Assembly (NCBI GenBank): GCA_049670545.1
Contig: JBATTM010000416.1
Location: 1,264 to 65,263 of the forward strand
Direction of reading: 5' to 3'
Length of the DNA stretch: 64,000 nucleotides
Source of the DNA: Polyangiales bacterium
Lineage (GTDB): Bacteria; Myxococcota_A; Polyangia; Polyangiales; Houyiibacteriaceae
The notes under the pieces were generated by a model that worked only from the letters and a program-made list of their open reading frames with translations, did not search any database and was not told the origin of the DNA. Shown here one piece after another: positions 1 to 9,174 of the stretch (positions are counted from its first letter, which is position 1; every line of letters begins with the position of its first letter). Both the position numbers and the translations under genes were made by a program.

Positions 1-176
1 CAGCGGGCCGCTAGACCGAGTTCATCCTGAAATGATTCGATGATCGTAGTCGCGGGGCGCTGAGGCGGCTGCTGGGAAGACGCAGGACGTGCGACGTACA
101 TTCGAGGATGAGCGGCGGCCGGGTCGGCGTCCTGAGGCTGCGAGGGCGGATCAGATCAGGGTGAACTCGGTCTAGG

Positions 177-1016
177 TCAGTCGGTGATTCGCACGAGGAC
201 GACAGTGATGTTGTCGTCGCCGCCATTACTGTTGGCCTCGGAGACGAGCGATTTGGCAGCTCGTTCGATATCGCCGTCCGCCCCGTCGACGATGCCGAGG
301 ATACGCTCGTCGGTCACCATCCCGTTGAGACCATCCGAGCAAAGAACGTACACATCCTCTGGCTCGACTTGCTCGAAGTATAGGTCGACTGCAACGCCAT
401 CCTGCATGCCAAGTGCCCGGGTGATCACGTTTGAGGGGAGTTGGTCTCGTTGCGCGTTCGACAGGTTCGGCATCACGAGCAGGTAGTCGTTGAGCAACGA
501 GTGGTCGCGCGTGAGCTGGACGATTTCACCTTTGCGAACACGGTACGCCCGGCTGTCACCAACGTGGGCGATGTGAATTCTTCGGTCGTCACGCGTGAAA
601 AGCGCCCCGACGACCGTGGTTCCCATTCCCTGCACGGCACGGTTTTGGACCGATGCCTGGTAGATGCGCTGGTTGGCAACTTTCACGGCAGACACGAGGC
701 GGTTCTGCTCCGTCGTCAGGCGAGCATCGATCTCGACGGGCCACTGTGACGACTCGCCGTTCGCTTCCGTCGTCGCGTCGAAGAAGGACGACATCTCCGC
801 GGTAGCCATGCGACTTGCGACGTCACCGGCCCGGTGCCCACCCATGCCGTCGGCCACGACGAAGAGACGGTGCGTCGACAGAATGCAGTAGCTGTCTTCA
901 TTGTGCTCTCTTTCGAGACCGACGTCGGAGAGCCCTGCTGCTACGAAGTTCATAGATGTCCAGACACCGTCGCGAGCGTCTGGCCTGTCTTTGGCCTTCG
1001 GTGACGCGACGAGCAA
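177..1016 (-). CDS. PP2C-family Ser/Thr protein phosphatase
   Basis: 279-aa ORF with PPM/PP2C core motifs GLSDVGLEREHNEDS and VVADGMGGHRAGDVAS, plus C-terminal GGDDNITVVLV. The true start is probably MNFVAAG (coordinate 953). Confidence 0.85.
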   Translation of the reverse strand: MLVASPKAKDRPDARDGVWTSMNFVAAGLSDVGLEREHNEDSYCILSTHRLFVVADGMGGHRAGDVASRMATAEMSSFFDATTEANGESSQWPVEIDARLTTEQNRLVSAVKVANQRIYQASVQNRAVQGMGTTVVGALFTRDDRRIHIAHVGDSRAYRVRKGEIVQLTRDHSLLNDYLLVMPNLSNAQRDQLPSNVITRALGMQDGVAVDLYFEQVEPEDVYVLCSDGLNGMVTDERILGIVDGADGDIERAAKSLVSEANSNGGDDNITVVLVRITD

Positions 1017-1062
1017 CCCAAATCGTGGGCTTCAGTGTATCCAACCCAACGCGTGGAGCAAA

Positions 1063-3171
1063 TCAGGGTGCCACGAAGCGGGGCAGCTCGGGCCACCCGG
1101 AGTCGGGGTCGTCCAGATACACGTATCGTGCGTAATGTGTCGTGACGCGTCTCACGTAGTTTCTCGTCTCGTTGAAGGGGATACGCTCGACGAACCGATC
1201 GAGTTCCATCTTTCGACTCTCGCGGAGCCAGCGCCGAACTCTTTGTTTTCCGGCGTTGTACGCTGCGACGCTCAGCGGGTAGACGTCGTCGAATTCCTCG
1301 GCGAGCGCGCTCATCTCGACGATTCCGAGCGGGATGTTCCGGCTCGGGGCCTCGAGCATGCGCTGCGTCGTGCGCACGCCTGCGAGGTTGGACGCGACCT
1401 CGGGCATCAGCTGCATCAACCCGACGGCCCCGGCGCGACTCACGACGTCGGGCGTGTACCCACTCTCCTGTCGCATCGTCGCGTAGATCAGGGCGCGGGG
1501 GAGGTCTCCGCGATGTGCGTCGACGACCGGAAGCCACGGCATTGGATAGGCCGCCTGCCACCACCACGAATTGGTGGCGGGATCTCGATACAGGTTCGAC
1601 ATCCGCCGCCGCGCCACGCGGAGCGCTTCGCGATAGGCACCCACCTCCTGATACAGCGACGCGAGCAGTCGAATGCGCTCGGATTTCGGGACCCCTTCGA
1701 CCAGCTCCTTCTCGTGATCGCGTAGCCATCGAATCCCCTCTCTCTCGAGGCCGAGGTCTCGGTACACCTCGAAGGAGGGTGGAAGCTCGAGTGGTGTGAG
1801 CTCCATGTGATCCTTGGCGGGTCGCTCCGGATCGACGAACGGCGGGGGCGGCGTCTTCTTCAATCGTCGAAGGCGTTGGGCCGCCAGCACGGCGTACCAA
1901 TGGAGGGGCTGGACCGCGATCGCGGCCTCGTATGACTCCACGGCCTTTGGACCCCGGCGGTAGGCCCGGCCGAGCCAGTAGAGCCCCCGCGCCTCGTCCA
2001 TCGCAGACGTGGCGAGCTTGGTGTACTGCGATAGGTACCGTACGGCCTGGGTGTAGCGTTTGTCCTCGAAGGAGCGGAACCCGAGCTCCCAAAGGGCAGA
2101 TCGCCGCCACTTCCCGCGAAGCGCGGACCGGCCCTTGAGGAGGCGCGCCATGTTGGCCTTCCCTGCGGCTCGCCCCATGCGAATCTCGAGCCACGCAGCG
2201 AGGAATCGAGCCTCGGGAGCTCGAGTGCTTCTCGGGTGCGCGCGCGCGAACGCTCGATACGCGGCGACCGCGCGTGCATCTTGGTCCGCTCTCGAAAGAG
2301 CGCGCGCGGCATGGAACGCGTCTTCGATTTCATAGCGGCCACCACGGGCAGCGGACTTGCGCAGCACCTTGGCCGCGTCCGCGTACCGCGTTCGCATTCG
2401 AAAGAGCGCCCTGCCGTAGGTGTGCAGCCAGCGCGCCTCGAGCGCGTCGTCTACCTTCATCACCTCGAGGATCTCGACGGCCTTGCCGAACCGGAGAGCG
2501 GCGACGAACGCGTCAGCGCGATCGAGCCGATCCTCGTCATTGGGTCGAACCTCTTCCTCAAGGGCTGCTGCCACTTGTCGTTGCCCCGGCGCCACTGCCG
2601 AGATCCACGCGAGGCGCCTGGCGTTCCGAGCTTCGTTGGGTTGCCCGAGACGCTCATACACGTCGGACAGCAGCACGAGTAGCGCAACATGGTCGAGATC
2701 ATCGTGTCCGCGGCGCGTCAGCCGTTCGAGTTCTTCGACGGCCTGCGGGAGCTCCCCGAGTTGCAACGCGCAATCCGCCGCAATCGCGCGATCATGACGA
2801 ACGGTGGCGACTTCGCGAGAAGCAAGCTCGAGAAGAACGGGACGCGCCTCGGCACAATGCCCGCAACGGGCTCCTGCATGAGCCCACCGACGAAGTGCAT
2901 CGGTACGCAGCGCTTCTGGCAATGACGAGGGTGTCCGGGCCAGTGCTTCCATGGCGTCGCACGAGCGACCGACCTCCGACAGGAGGCGCCCTTCGAGATA
3001 GCGCACGGAGTCCGAGTCCCGGGTGCGCGGAGACAACTCGCCGATCGCCAGGAGCGCAGCCGGAGCATCCCCATCCCTGACCAGCCCGGCAACCGCGCGA
3101 AAATCCTCCGCGGCGAACGCGATCGCGCATCCAACCCACGCGAGACCAACCCCCAGCCAGAACACACGCAA
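1063..3171 (-). CDS. Soluble lytic murein transglycosylase (Slt family)
   Basis: 702-aa ORF. Signal-like N-terminus MRVFWLGVGLAWVGCAIAFA (TTG start), a long helical repeat region, and a C-terminal SLT domain (MRQESGYTPDVVSRAGAVGLMQLMP ... AAYNAG). Confidence 0.85.
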   Translation of the reverse strand: MRVFWLGVGLAWVGCAIAFAAEDFRAVAGLVRDGDAPAALLAIGELSPRTRDSDSVRYLEGRLLSEVGRSCDAMEALARTPSSLPEALRTDALRRWAHAGARCGHCAEARPVLLELASREVATVRHDRAIAADCALQLGELPQAVEELERLTRRGHDDLDHVALLVLLSDVYERLGQPNEARNARRLAWISAVAPGQRQVAAALEEEVRPNDEDRLDRADAFVAALRFGKAVEILEVMKVDDALEARWLHTYGRALFRMRTRYADAAKVLRKSAARGGRYEIEDAFHAARALSRADQDARAVAAYRAFARAHPRSTRAPEARFLAAWLEIRMGRAAGKANMARLLKGRSALRGKWRRSALWELGFRSFEDKRYTQAVRYLSQYTKLATSAMDEARGLYWLGRAYRRGPKAVESYEAAIAVQPLHWYAVLAAQRLRRLKKTPPPPFVDPERPAKDHMELTPLELPPSFEVYRDLGLEREGIRWLRDHEKELVEGVPKSERIRLLASLYQEVGAYREALRVARRRMSNLYRDPATNSWWWQAAYPMPWLPVVDAHRGDLPRALIYATMRQESGYTPDVVSRAGAVGLMQLMPEVASNLAGVRTTQRMLEAPSRNIPLGIVEMSALAEEFDDVYPLSVAAYNAGKQRVRRWLRESRKMELDRFVERIPFNETRNYVRRVTTHYARYVYLDDPDSGWPELPRFVAP

Positions 3172-3256
3172 TGCCAGGGGAATCTACCACTCCTCGGGCC
3201 GAGCGCAGCGCGATTGGCGCCCGCCAAGTGGGTCTCGTATGCTCGGGCGTCCGATC

Positions 3257-3793
3257 ATGCGACTGACCTATCTCTTATGGCTTGGGCTGGCCCTCTCGCT
3301 CGCAGCGGCCTGCCAACCCCGAATCGGTGACAGTTGCGCTGGCTCTCGCGATTGTTCGGCGACCGGCCAGCGGCAATGTGACCTCACCCAACCTGGTGGG
3401 TACTGCACCGTGAAGGGGTGCGACGCGGACACTTGCCCTGACGGGGCGATTTGCGTCGAATGGCGATTTAACCCGACGCGGACCGCAGAAACGTGGTGCA
3501 TGCGCGGGTGCCGAGAAAACAGCGGATGCCGGGATCGAGGCGGATACAGCTGTGTTGCGCCGAGTCGTATCACTGCCAACGGCGAGAGCTTGGCGGATAC
3601 CTGCCGGGACAACGTCCCGACAGACGAGCAGATCGCGCGCGTGATCGACCTCGACGCGGAACGGTCTCTTGCAAGCATCTGCACCGCGGTGACCGAAATT
3701 GCCCCGACCTGTCCGGACGGCGAGCCCCCTCCCGAGGAACCCGCGATGGTTCCCAGCACACTCTACGAAGAATCCGACATCCAGATCCCCTGA
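3257..3793 (+). CDS. Cys-rich putative lipoprotein (hypothetical)
   Basis: In-frame ATG at 3257 gives MRLTYLLWLGLALSLAAAC, a lipobox-like signal. The mature part is rich in paired Cys. No family recognised. An alternative start lies at 3239, and the 3023 start of the track ORF lies inside the divergent slt gene. Confidence 0.55.
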   Translation: MRLTYLLWLGLALSLAAACQPRIGDSCAGSRDCSATGQRQCDLTQPGGYCTVKGCDADTCPDGAICVEWRFNPTRTAETWCMRGCRENSGCRDRGGYSCVAPSRITANGESLADTCRDNVPTDEQIARVIDLDAERSLASICTAVTEIAPTCPDGEPPPEEPAMVPSTLYEESDIQIP

Positions 3794-3811
3794 GGGTAGT
3801 ATCCGCCGGGT

Positions 3812-4753
3812 ATGTCCCCGGGCCTGATGCGGTACCTGGCGGGGCGCCTGGTGCGCGCAGCGCTGACGGTGGTGGGCCTGGTGACTCTCGTGTTTCTGCT
3901 CGTCCGGTTGATTCCGGGCGATCCGGTCGAGGCGATCCTCGGGGACCAGGCGAGTCCCGAAGAGAAGGCCGAGCTTCGCCAATCGCTCAATCTCGACGAG
4001 CCGATGGGGCAGCAGTACGTCTCGTTCGTCGCGGAGATGGTCGACGGCACGATGGGAACCTCGTTCCGTCGACCGGATCGATCGGTCTGGTCGCTGGTCC
4101 GTGACGTGTTCCCTGACACGATCGTCCTCGCGCTTGCCGCATGGTTGGTGGCGTGGTTCGTCGCTATCCCTCTGGGCACCATCGCCGCCGCACGTGCGGG
4201 GCTTTTTTGGGACAAGGTCGCGTCGACCGTAGCGGTCGCGGGGCTCGCCATCCCCAACATCTGGCTGGGGCCGCTCTTGATTCTGGCGTTCGGAGTGAAA
4301 CTCCGCTGGCTTCCGCTCCCGGGTGACGATCTGGCGGGCGGGGAAGCGCTGATCCTCCCGGCCATCACGATCGGGACCGCGATGGCCGCCATACTAACGC
4401 GACAGACCCGTGCCGCCATGATCGAGATCCTGTCGCGGCAGTACATCACCGCAGCCCGGGCACGCGGGGTGCGCTCCGGGCCACTCTACCTGCGCCATGC
4501 CCTCCGAAACGCGATGCTGCCGGTGATCACGATCGGAGCGGCCCAGCTTGGCGCGCTGCTCTCGGGAACCGTGGTCACGGAGAAGATCTTCGAGCGTCAG
4601 GGGCTCGGCACCTTGTTTCTCGACTCGTTCTTCGCCCGTGACATCCCAGTCGTGCAGGGGTGCGTGTTGATCATCGCGTTGGTCTACGTCGCGGTCAACC
4701 TCATCGTCGACCTCGCCTATGGCGTCATCGACCCTCGGGTGCGGTTGTCATGA
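3812..4753 (+). CDS. ABC transporter permease, DppB/OppB-like (peptide/nickel family)
   Basis: 313 aa with multiple TM segments. N-terminus RLIPGDPVEAILG and EAA-loop region YITAARARGVRSGPLYLRHALRNAMLPVITIG are typical of DppB/OppB permeases. Confidence 0.85.
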   Translation: MSPGLMRYLAGRLVRAALTVVGLVTLVFLLVRLIPGDPVEAILGDQASPEEKAELRQSLNLDEPMGQQYVSFVAEMVDGTMGTSFRRPDRSVWSLVRDVFPDTIVLALAAWLVAWFVAIPLGTIAAARAGLFWDKVASTVAVAGLAIPNIWLGPLLILAFGVKLRWLPLPGDDLAGGEALILPAITIGTAMAAILTRQTRAAMIEILSRQYITAARARGVRSGPLYLRHALRNAMLPVITIGAAQLGALLSGTVVTEKIFERQGLGTLFLDSFFARDIPVVQGCVLIIALVYVAVNLIVDLAYGVIDPRVRLS

Positions 4754-5568
4754 AACAGGTTCGCGGTCGCCTACGGCGAACCCCAGTTGGGCTGGTCATC
4801 GTGATTGCGTTCTTTCTCCTAGGGCTGATCGGGCCATGGATCGCTCCCTACGACCCTCTGGCAATCGACCTTGCCCACGAGTACGAGTCTCCCTCTTGGT
4901 CGCATTGGCTTGGAACGGGTGACAACGGCATCGACATCCTGAGCGCCTTGCTCTTTGGCGCGCGTCTTGCGGCGATCGTAGGCGTCGTCGTGGTCGGCGT
5001 GTCCGTGCTCATCGGCACCGTGCTCGGCGCCTGGGCGGGCTACTTCGGCCGCATGACCGACCACGTCATCACCGGGATCGCAGACTTGGTGCAAGCGTTC
5101 CCGGCCATCGTGCTCAACATCGCGGTGCTCGCACTGGTCGCGCGACCGGGCCTCGAGCATCTGATCGTCGCCCTCGCGATCAACGGTTGGGTCCTCTACG
5201 CCCGCCTCGCACGCGCTGAAACTCTATCTCTGCGCGAACGGGAGTTCGTCGAAGCCGCGCGAGCGCTCGGGGTCCCAACACGGGACGTCTTGCGACGCCA
5301 CGTGATCCCAAACCTTCTCGGCCCCCTGGTGATTCAGGCGACCACAGGTCTCGGTGTCGTCATCTTGGCCGAATCGACGCTGTCTTTCCTGGGTCTCGGG
5401 CCCGGGAAGGCAGTCTCCTGGGGGGCGCTCCTCGACCAAGGCACCAGCGTGCTGTTGCGATTCCCCCACGTGGCGCTGTTCTCGGGGGGTACGATTGCGG
5501 TGACGGTCCTCGGGTTCAACTTGACCGGGGATTGGCTTCGAGACCGACTCGACCCTCGCTATCGCTAG
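4750..5568 (+). CDS. ABC transporter permease, DppC/OppC-like
   Basis: ATG at 4750 overlaps the upstream stop (ATGA). N-terminus MKQVRGRLRRTPVGLVIVIAFF, and EAA-loop FVEAARALGVPTRDVLRRHVIPNLLGPLVIQ. Confidence 0.85.
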   Translation: MKQVRGRLRRTPVGLVIVIAFFLLGLIGPWIAPYDPLAIDLAHEYESPSWSHWLGTGDNGIDILSALLFGARLAAIVGVVVVGVSVLIGTVLGAWAGYFGRMTDHVITGIADLVQAFPAIVLNIAVLALVARPGLEHLIVALAINGWVLYARLARAETLSLREREFVEAARALGVPTRDVLRRHVIPNLLGPLVIQATTGLGVVILAESTLSFLGLGPGKAVSWGALLDQGTSVLLRFPHVALFSGGTIAVTVLGFNLTGDWLRDRLDPRYR

Positions 5569-5570
5569 CC

Positions 5571-6476
5571 ATGCCAGAACTCCCCGACATCGAGCTCTAC
5601 CGGGATGCCCTCGACCGCAGAGTCGTAGGCCACTCGATTCGCGCGGTACGCCTCGCGTCGCCGTTTCTCCTGCGAAGCGTCGACCCTCCCGTCGCCGCAG
5701 TGGTCGACCGAAAGGTGCAGAGCATCGAACGACTCGGCAAGAGGCTCGTCTTCGTGCTCGATGACGAGTTGTTCATGGTCTTGCATCTCATGATCGCGGG
5801 CCGACTCCGATGGAAAGACCCCGCAGCCAAGATTCCGGGCAAACTCGGCCTCGCTGCGTTCGACTTCGATCACGGAACACTCCTGCTGACCGAAGCCAGC
5901 AAGAAGAAGCGCGCAGCCTTGCACCTATGCCGCGGGCGCGACGCGCTTCGCGAACACGACCCCGGGGGGATCGAACCGCTGGCGATCGATTTCGACACGT
6001 TCGCCGAAACGCTGACGGCCAGCAATCACACGGTGAAACGCGGACTGACCGACCCGCGCATCTTCAGTGGGATCGGGAACGCGTACTCCGACGAGATCCT
6101 TCATCGCGCCCAGTTGTCGCCGTTGATCTGGACCCAGCGCCTCGACCACGAACAGCTGCACAGGCTCTACGACGCCATGCGCGATGTCCTGCAGGAGTGG
6201 GTGAATCGGCTCATCTCCGATCAGGGCGACGGGTTCCCCGAGAAGGTCACCGCGTTTCGACCGGAAATGGCAGCGCATGGGAAGTACGGAAACCCGTGTC
6301 CCGTGTGTGGCGACCCGATCCAACGAATCGTCTTCACCGACCGAGAAACGAACTACTGCGCCACGTGCCAGACCGACGGAAAGCTGCTCGCGGATCGGTC
6401 GCTTTCCCGGATCTTGAAAGGAGACTGGCCGAGATCCTTCGAAGAACTCGAAACGCTCAAGAAAGGTGGGCGGTAG
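5571..6476 (+). CDS. Fpg/Nei-family DNA glycosylase / AP lyase
   Basis: Starts MPELPDIE (catalytic Pro2/Glu3). C-terminal zinc finger CPVCGDPIQRIVFTDRETNYCATCQ. ATG at 5571, 3 nt after the dppC-like stop. Confidence 0.8.
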   Translation: MPELPDIELYRDALDRRVVGHSIRAVRLASPFLLRSVDPPVAAVVDRKVQSIERLGKRLVFVLDDELFMVLHLMIAGRLRWKDPAAKIPGKLGLAAFDFDHGTLLLTEASKKKRAALHLCRGRDALREHDPGGIEPLAIDFDTFAETLTASNHTVKRGLTDPRIFSGIGNAYSDEILHRAQLSPLIWTQRLDHEQLHRLYDAMRDVLQEWVNRLISDQGDGFPEKVTAFRPEMAAHGKYGNPCPVCGDPIQRIVFTDRETNYCATCQTDGKLLADRSLSRILKGDWPRSFEELETLKKGGR

Positions 6477-6534
6477 CCGAGATTTGCCTTAGACATGACC
6501 GTCAACCAGTTGCCTCCCGCCACTCACGAACACC

Positions 6535-9174
6535 ATGCAATTTTCCGTCCGCCGAGAAGACCGCCGCAACCTTGCCGTAGGCTTTGTTGGGCTCCTGGCG
6601 ATCATGGTCGCGCACTCGGTGATGGAGACCGCGCGGGACGCGTTGTTTCTCGCCAGCCTGCCCGCCACGCAGCTTCCGTGGGCGTATCTGGCGATCGCCC
6701 TACTCGCGATTCTCGAACTGCGCGTGCACCAACGCGTCATGCTTTTCGTGCGCGACCGGCGCAAGCTCCTCGCGTTCACGCTCTTCGCCGGCTCAGCCAT
6801 CACACTCTCCTTTTGGGCGCTGATCGAAAAGCTCGGCCCGTGGGCGCCGTTCGGCTTCTACGTCTGGACCGGCCTCCTGATCACGATCGTGCTGATCCAA
6901 TATTGGCTGCTGCTCGACGACGCGGTCACGGTCACGCAAGCCAAGCGGATCTTCCCGGCCATCGCGGCTGGCGGGGTCACCGGGGCGATGCTCGGCTCGG
7001 CCCTGGCGGAGGTCTTGCTCCGATTCGCCCACCCGACGGGCCTCATCGTCATGGCAGCTCTCGTTCTGGCGGGGGCTGGCACGACGCCGTTGCTCTGGAA
7101 GACCGGTGGCGCCTCAACCCAAGACCGCGCGGCTGACGACCCGGAAGCGTCGGTCGGTTGGTTGCTGCGGGACAGCTACTTATCGCGGGTGTTGTGGGTG
7201 GTCCTGCTCGGCACCATCACGCTGACGATCGTCGACTACGTGTTCAAGAGTACAGTCGCGAACGAGATCCCGGCGGAGGGCTTGGCCGAGTTCTTCGCGC
7301 GGTTCTACCTGGGACTCAATTCGGTCGCGCTGATCATCCAGCTCGTGGGCGCGGGATGGCTTCTCCGGGCCTTTGGTGCGCATCGAAGCTCGGCCCTACT
7401 GCCTGTGCTCCTGTTCGGCGGCGCGATCGGCTTGGCGATCGGGCCCGTGTTGGTGTTTGCGGTCGCGCTCAAGGCGTTCGACGGAAGCCTTCGCCACACG
7501 CTCTATCGAAGTTCGGTCGAGGTGTTGTATCTGCCTCTCGATAGTCAGCGGCGCGAGCACGCCAAAGGAATCATCGAAGTGTTTGGCCACCGTGTGGGCC
7601 AAGCCCTCGCATCGGTGTTGATCCTGACAACCGTCGGGCTCGGCTTCACCGCATCGCAGTTCGGCATCGCCCTATTGGTTCCGATCGCGCTGTGGCTCGT
7701 CCTGATCATGGCGACGCGAAAGCAGTACGTCGAACAATTCCGCTCTCGCCTTCGTCAGGGAATGATCGACACCCGCATCGAAATGGAGGAGCTCGATCTG
7801 CACTCGCTCGAAGCGCTGCTCAATGCGCTCAACAGCGAGCAAGACGAAGAGGTCCTTGCAGCCGTCGACATCTTCAGCACGCACGGGCGCGAAGACTTGA
7901 TCCCGGTGCTGGTCTTGTACCACCCGGCCAAAGAGGTCCGGATGAGGTCCCTCGAAGCGTTCGCCGAGGCTTCCGATGACCGATTCGTCCCGGTGGCTCG
8001 CCGGATGCTGAGCGATGAGGACCCGGATATCCGGGCCGCAGCGTTGCGCGCATTGACCGCAGTAGACCCGAATAGGGCGCTCCTCGAGCAGAAGCTCGAC
8101 CTCGATGCATCGATCGTTCAGGCGACCGCGTTGGTGGGTCTCCTGTCGATCGATCCACAAGCGAGCACGAGCCGGATCGACGATTGGATCGCTGGCGGTA
8201 GCGCCCGGACGATGCATTCCTTGGCCCGAGCGATTCGCCACGAGCGCGGGACCATCTTCCACGAGCTCCTCGTCCGACTCATCGAAAGCGATGACGAGGA
8301 GGTGAAGCTCGAAACACTTCGCGCAATGGAACGCAACCCCGACCCTCGCTACCTTCCACACTTGCTGCCGTTGCTCGCGGACTCGGACCTCCGAGAGGCA
8401 ACCCGACAGGCGATGGTCGCGATTGGGCAAGACGCATTCGATTTTCTCGATCGAGCGCTCGGGGATCACGCTACCCCGCAGAAGGTTCGACGACGAGTTC
8501 CGCACACGATCATTCGCTTCGAGCCCAACCACGCCGCCAAGGTCCTCATGCGACATCTCGGGGGCGACCACGAAGGTGGGGTCCGTCTCAAGATCGTGCG
8601 GGCGCTCGTCCGTCTGCGCAGTACACACGGGTCTGTGCCACTCGACCCCGGCATGCTCGAAGAGCAGCTTCGTGGGTACTTGCTTCGCGTCGTCGAGATT
8701 CTAACTTGGCGCTCGGCGATCGAGAATCAGAGCGGAATCGAGAGTACCGATGGAGAGCTTCTCCGCACCGCGCTGGGGGACAAAGAAAGGGCATCACTCG
8801 AACGAGCGCTCTCGCTGATGGGGCTTCAACACCCCGAGGAGAATTTCGTGCTGGTGTGGCGTGGCCTTCGGAGTGACAACACGAGGCTCCGGGCGGCGAG
8901 CATCGAAGTACTCGAAGCCGTTCTCACCGGGCCGACCCGCGATGCAGTCCTCGCCCTGGTGGATGACGGCGAATCGGTGGAACGCCGAGCCAGGCTTGCC
9001 GGGGCGGCGCTCGGACGGCCAGCGCCTCGGCTCTCGTACGAGGCGGCGATCGAAGCGATGACGACAGATCAGAGCGAGGTGATTCGTGGAATCGCGACGC
9101 ACCATGCAAGGGAGATCGGGCAGAGACTGCATGCTCCGCACGGAGGAAGTCATGAGGAGGTCGGAGTTGCCTGA
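6535..9174 (+). CDS. Polytopic membrane (MFS / ATP:ADP-translocase-like) domain fused to HEAT-repeat domain
   Basis: 879 aa. The N-terminal ~400 aa have about 10-12 hydrophobic helices. The C-terminal ~450 aa carry repeated HEAT/PBS-lyase-like units (DPDIRAAALRAL, DSDLREATRQAM, NTRLRAASIEVL). Confidence 0.6.
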   Translation: MQFSVRREDRRNLAVGFVGLLAIMVAHSVMETARDALFLASLPATQLPWAYLAIALLAILELRVHQRVMLFVRDRRKLLAFTLFAGSAITLSFWALIEKLGPWAPFGFYVWTGLLITIVLIQYWLLLDDAVTVTQAKRIFPAIAAGGVTGAMLGSALAEVLLRFAHPTGLIVMAALVLAGAGTTPLLWKTGGASTQDRAADDPEASVGWLLRDSYLSRVLWVVLLGTITLTIVDYVFKSTVANEIPAEGLAEFFARFYLGLNSVALIIQLVGAGWLLRAFGAHRSSALLPVLLFGGAIGLAIGPVLVFAVALKAFDGSLRHTLYRSSVEVLYLPLDSQRREHAKGIIEVFGHRVGQALASVLILTTVGLGFTASQFGIALLVPIALWLVLIMATRKQYVEQFRSRLRQGMIDTRIEMEELDLHSLEALLNALNSEQDEEVLAAVDIFSTHGREDLIPVLVLYHPAKEVRMRSLEAFAEASDDRFVPVARRMLSDEDPDIRAAALRALTAVDPNRALLEQKLDLDASIVQATALVGLLSIDPQASTSRIDDWIAGGSARTMHSLARAIRHERGTIFHELLVRLIESDDEEVKLETLRAMERNPDPRYLPHLLPLLADSDLREATRQAMVAIGQDAFDFLDRALGDHATPQKVRRRVPHTIIRFEPNHAAKVLMRHLGGDHEGGVRLKIVRALVRLRSTHGSVPLDPGMLEEQLRGYLLRVVEILTWRSAIENQSGIESTDGELLRTALGDKERASLERALSLMGLQHPEENFVLVWRGLRSDNTRLRAASIEVLEAVLTGPTRDAVLALVDDGESVERRARLAGAALGRPAPRLSYEAAIEAMTTDQSEVIRGIATHHAREIGQRLHAPHGGSHEEVGVA

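Noticed and set aside
1-176. Possible partial gene at the left edge (minus-strand MYVARPASSQQPPQRPATTIIESFQDELGLAAR from ATG at 101) and track ORF 11-226
   Set aside because: It is too short and low-complexity to support. No motif was recognised.
950-2194. 414-aa Arg-rich minus-strand ORF overlapping the slt gene in another frame
   Set aside because: Extreme Arg/Pro/Gly composition. The overlapping frame carries the conserved SLT domain.
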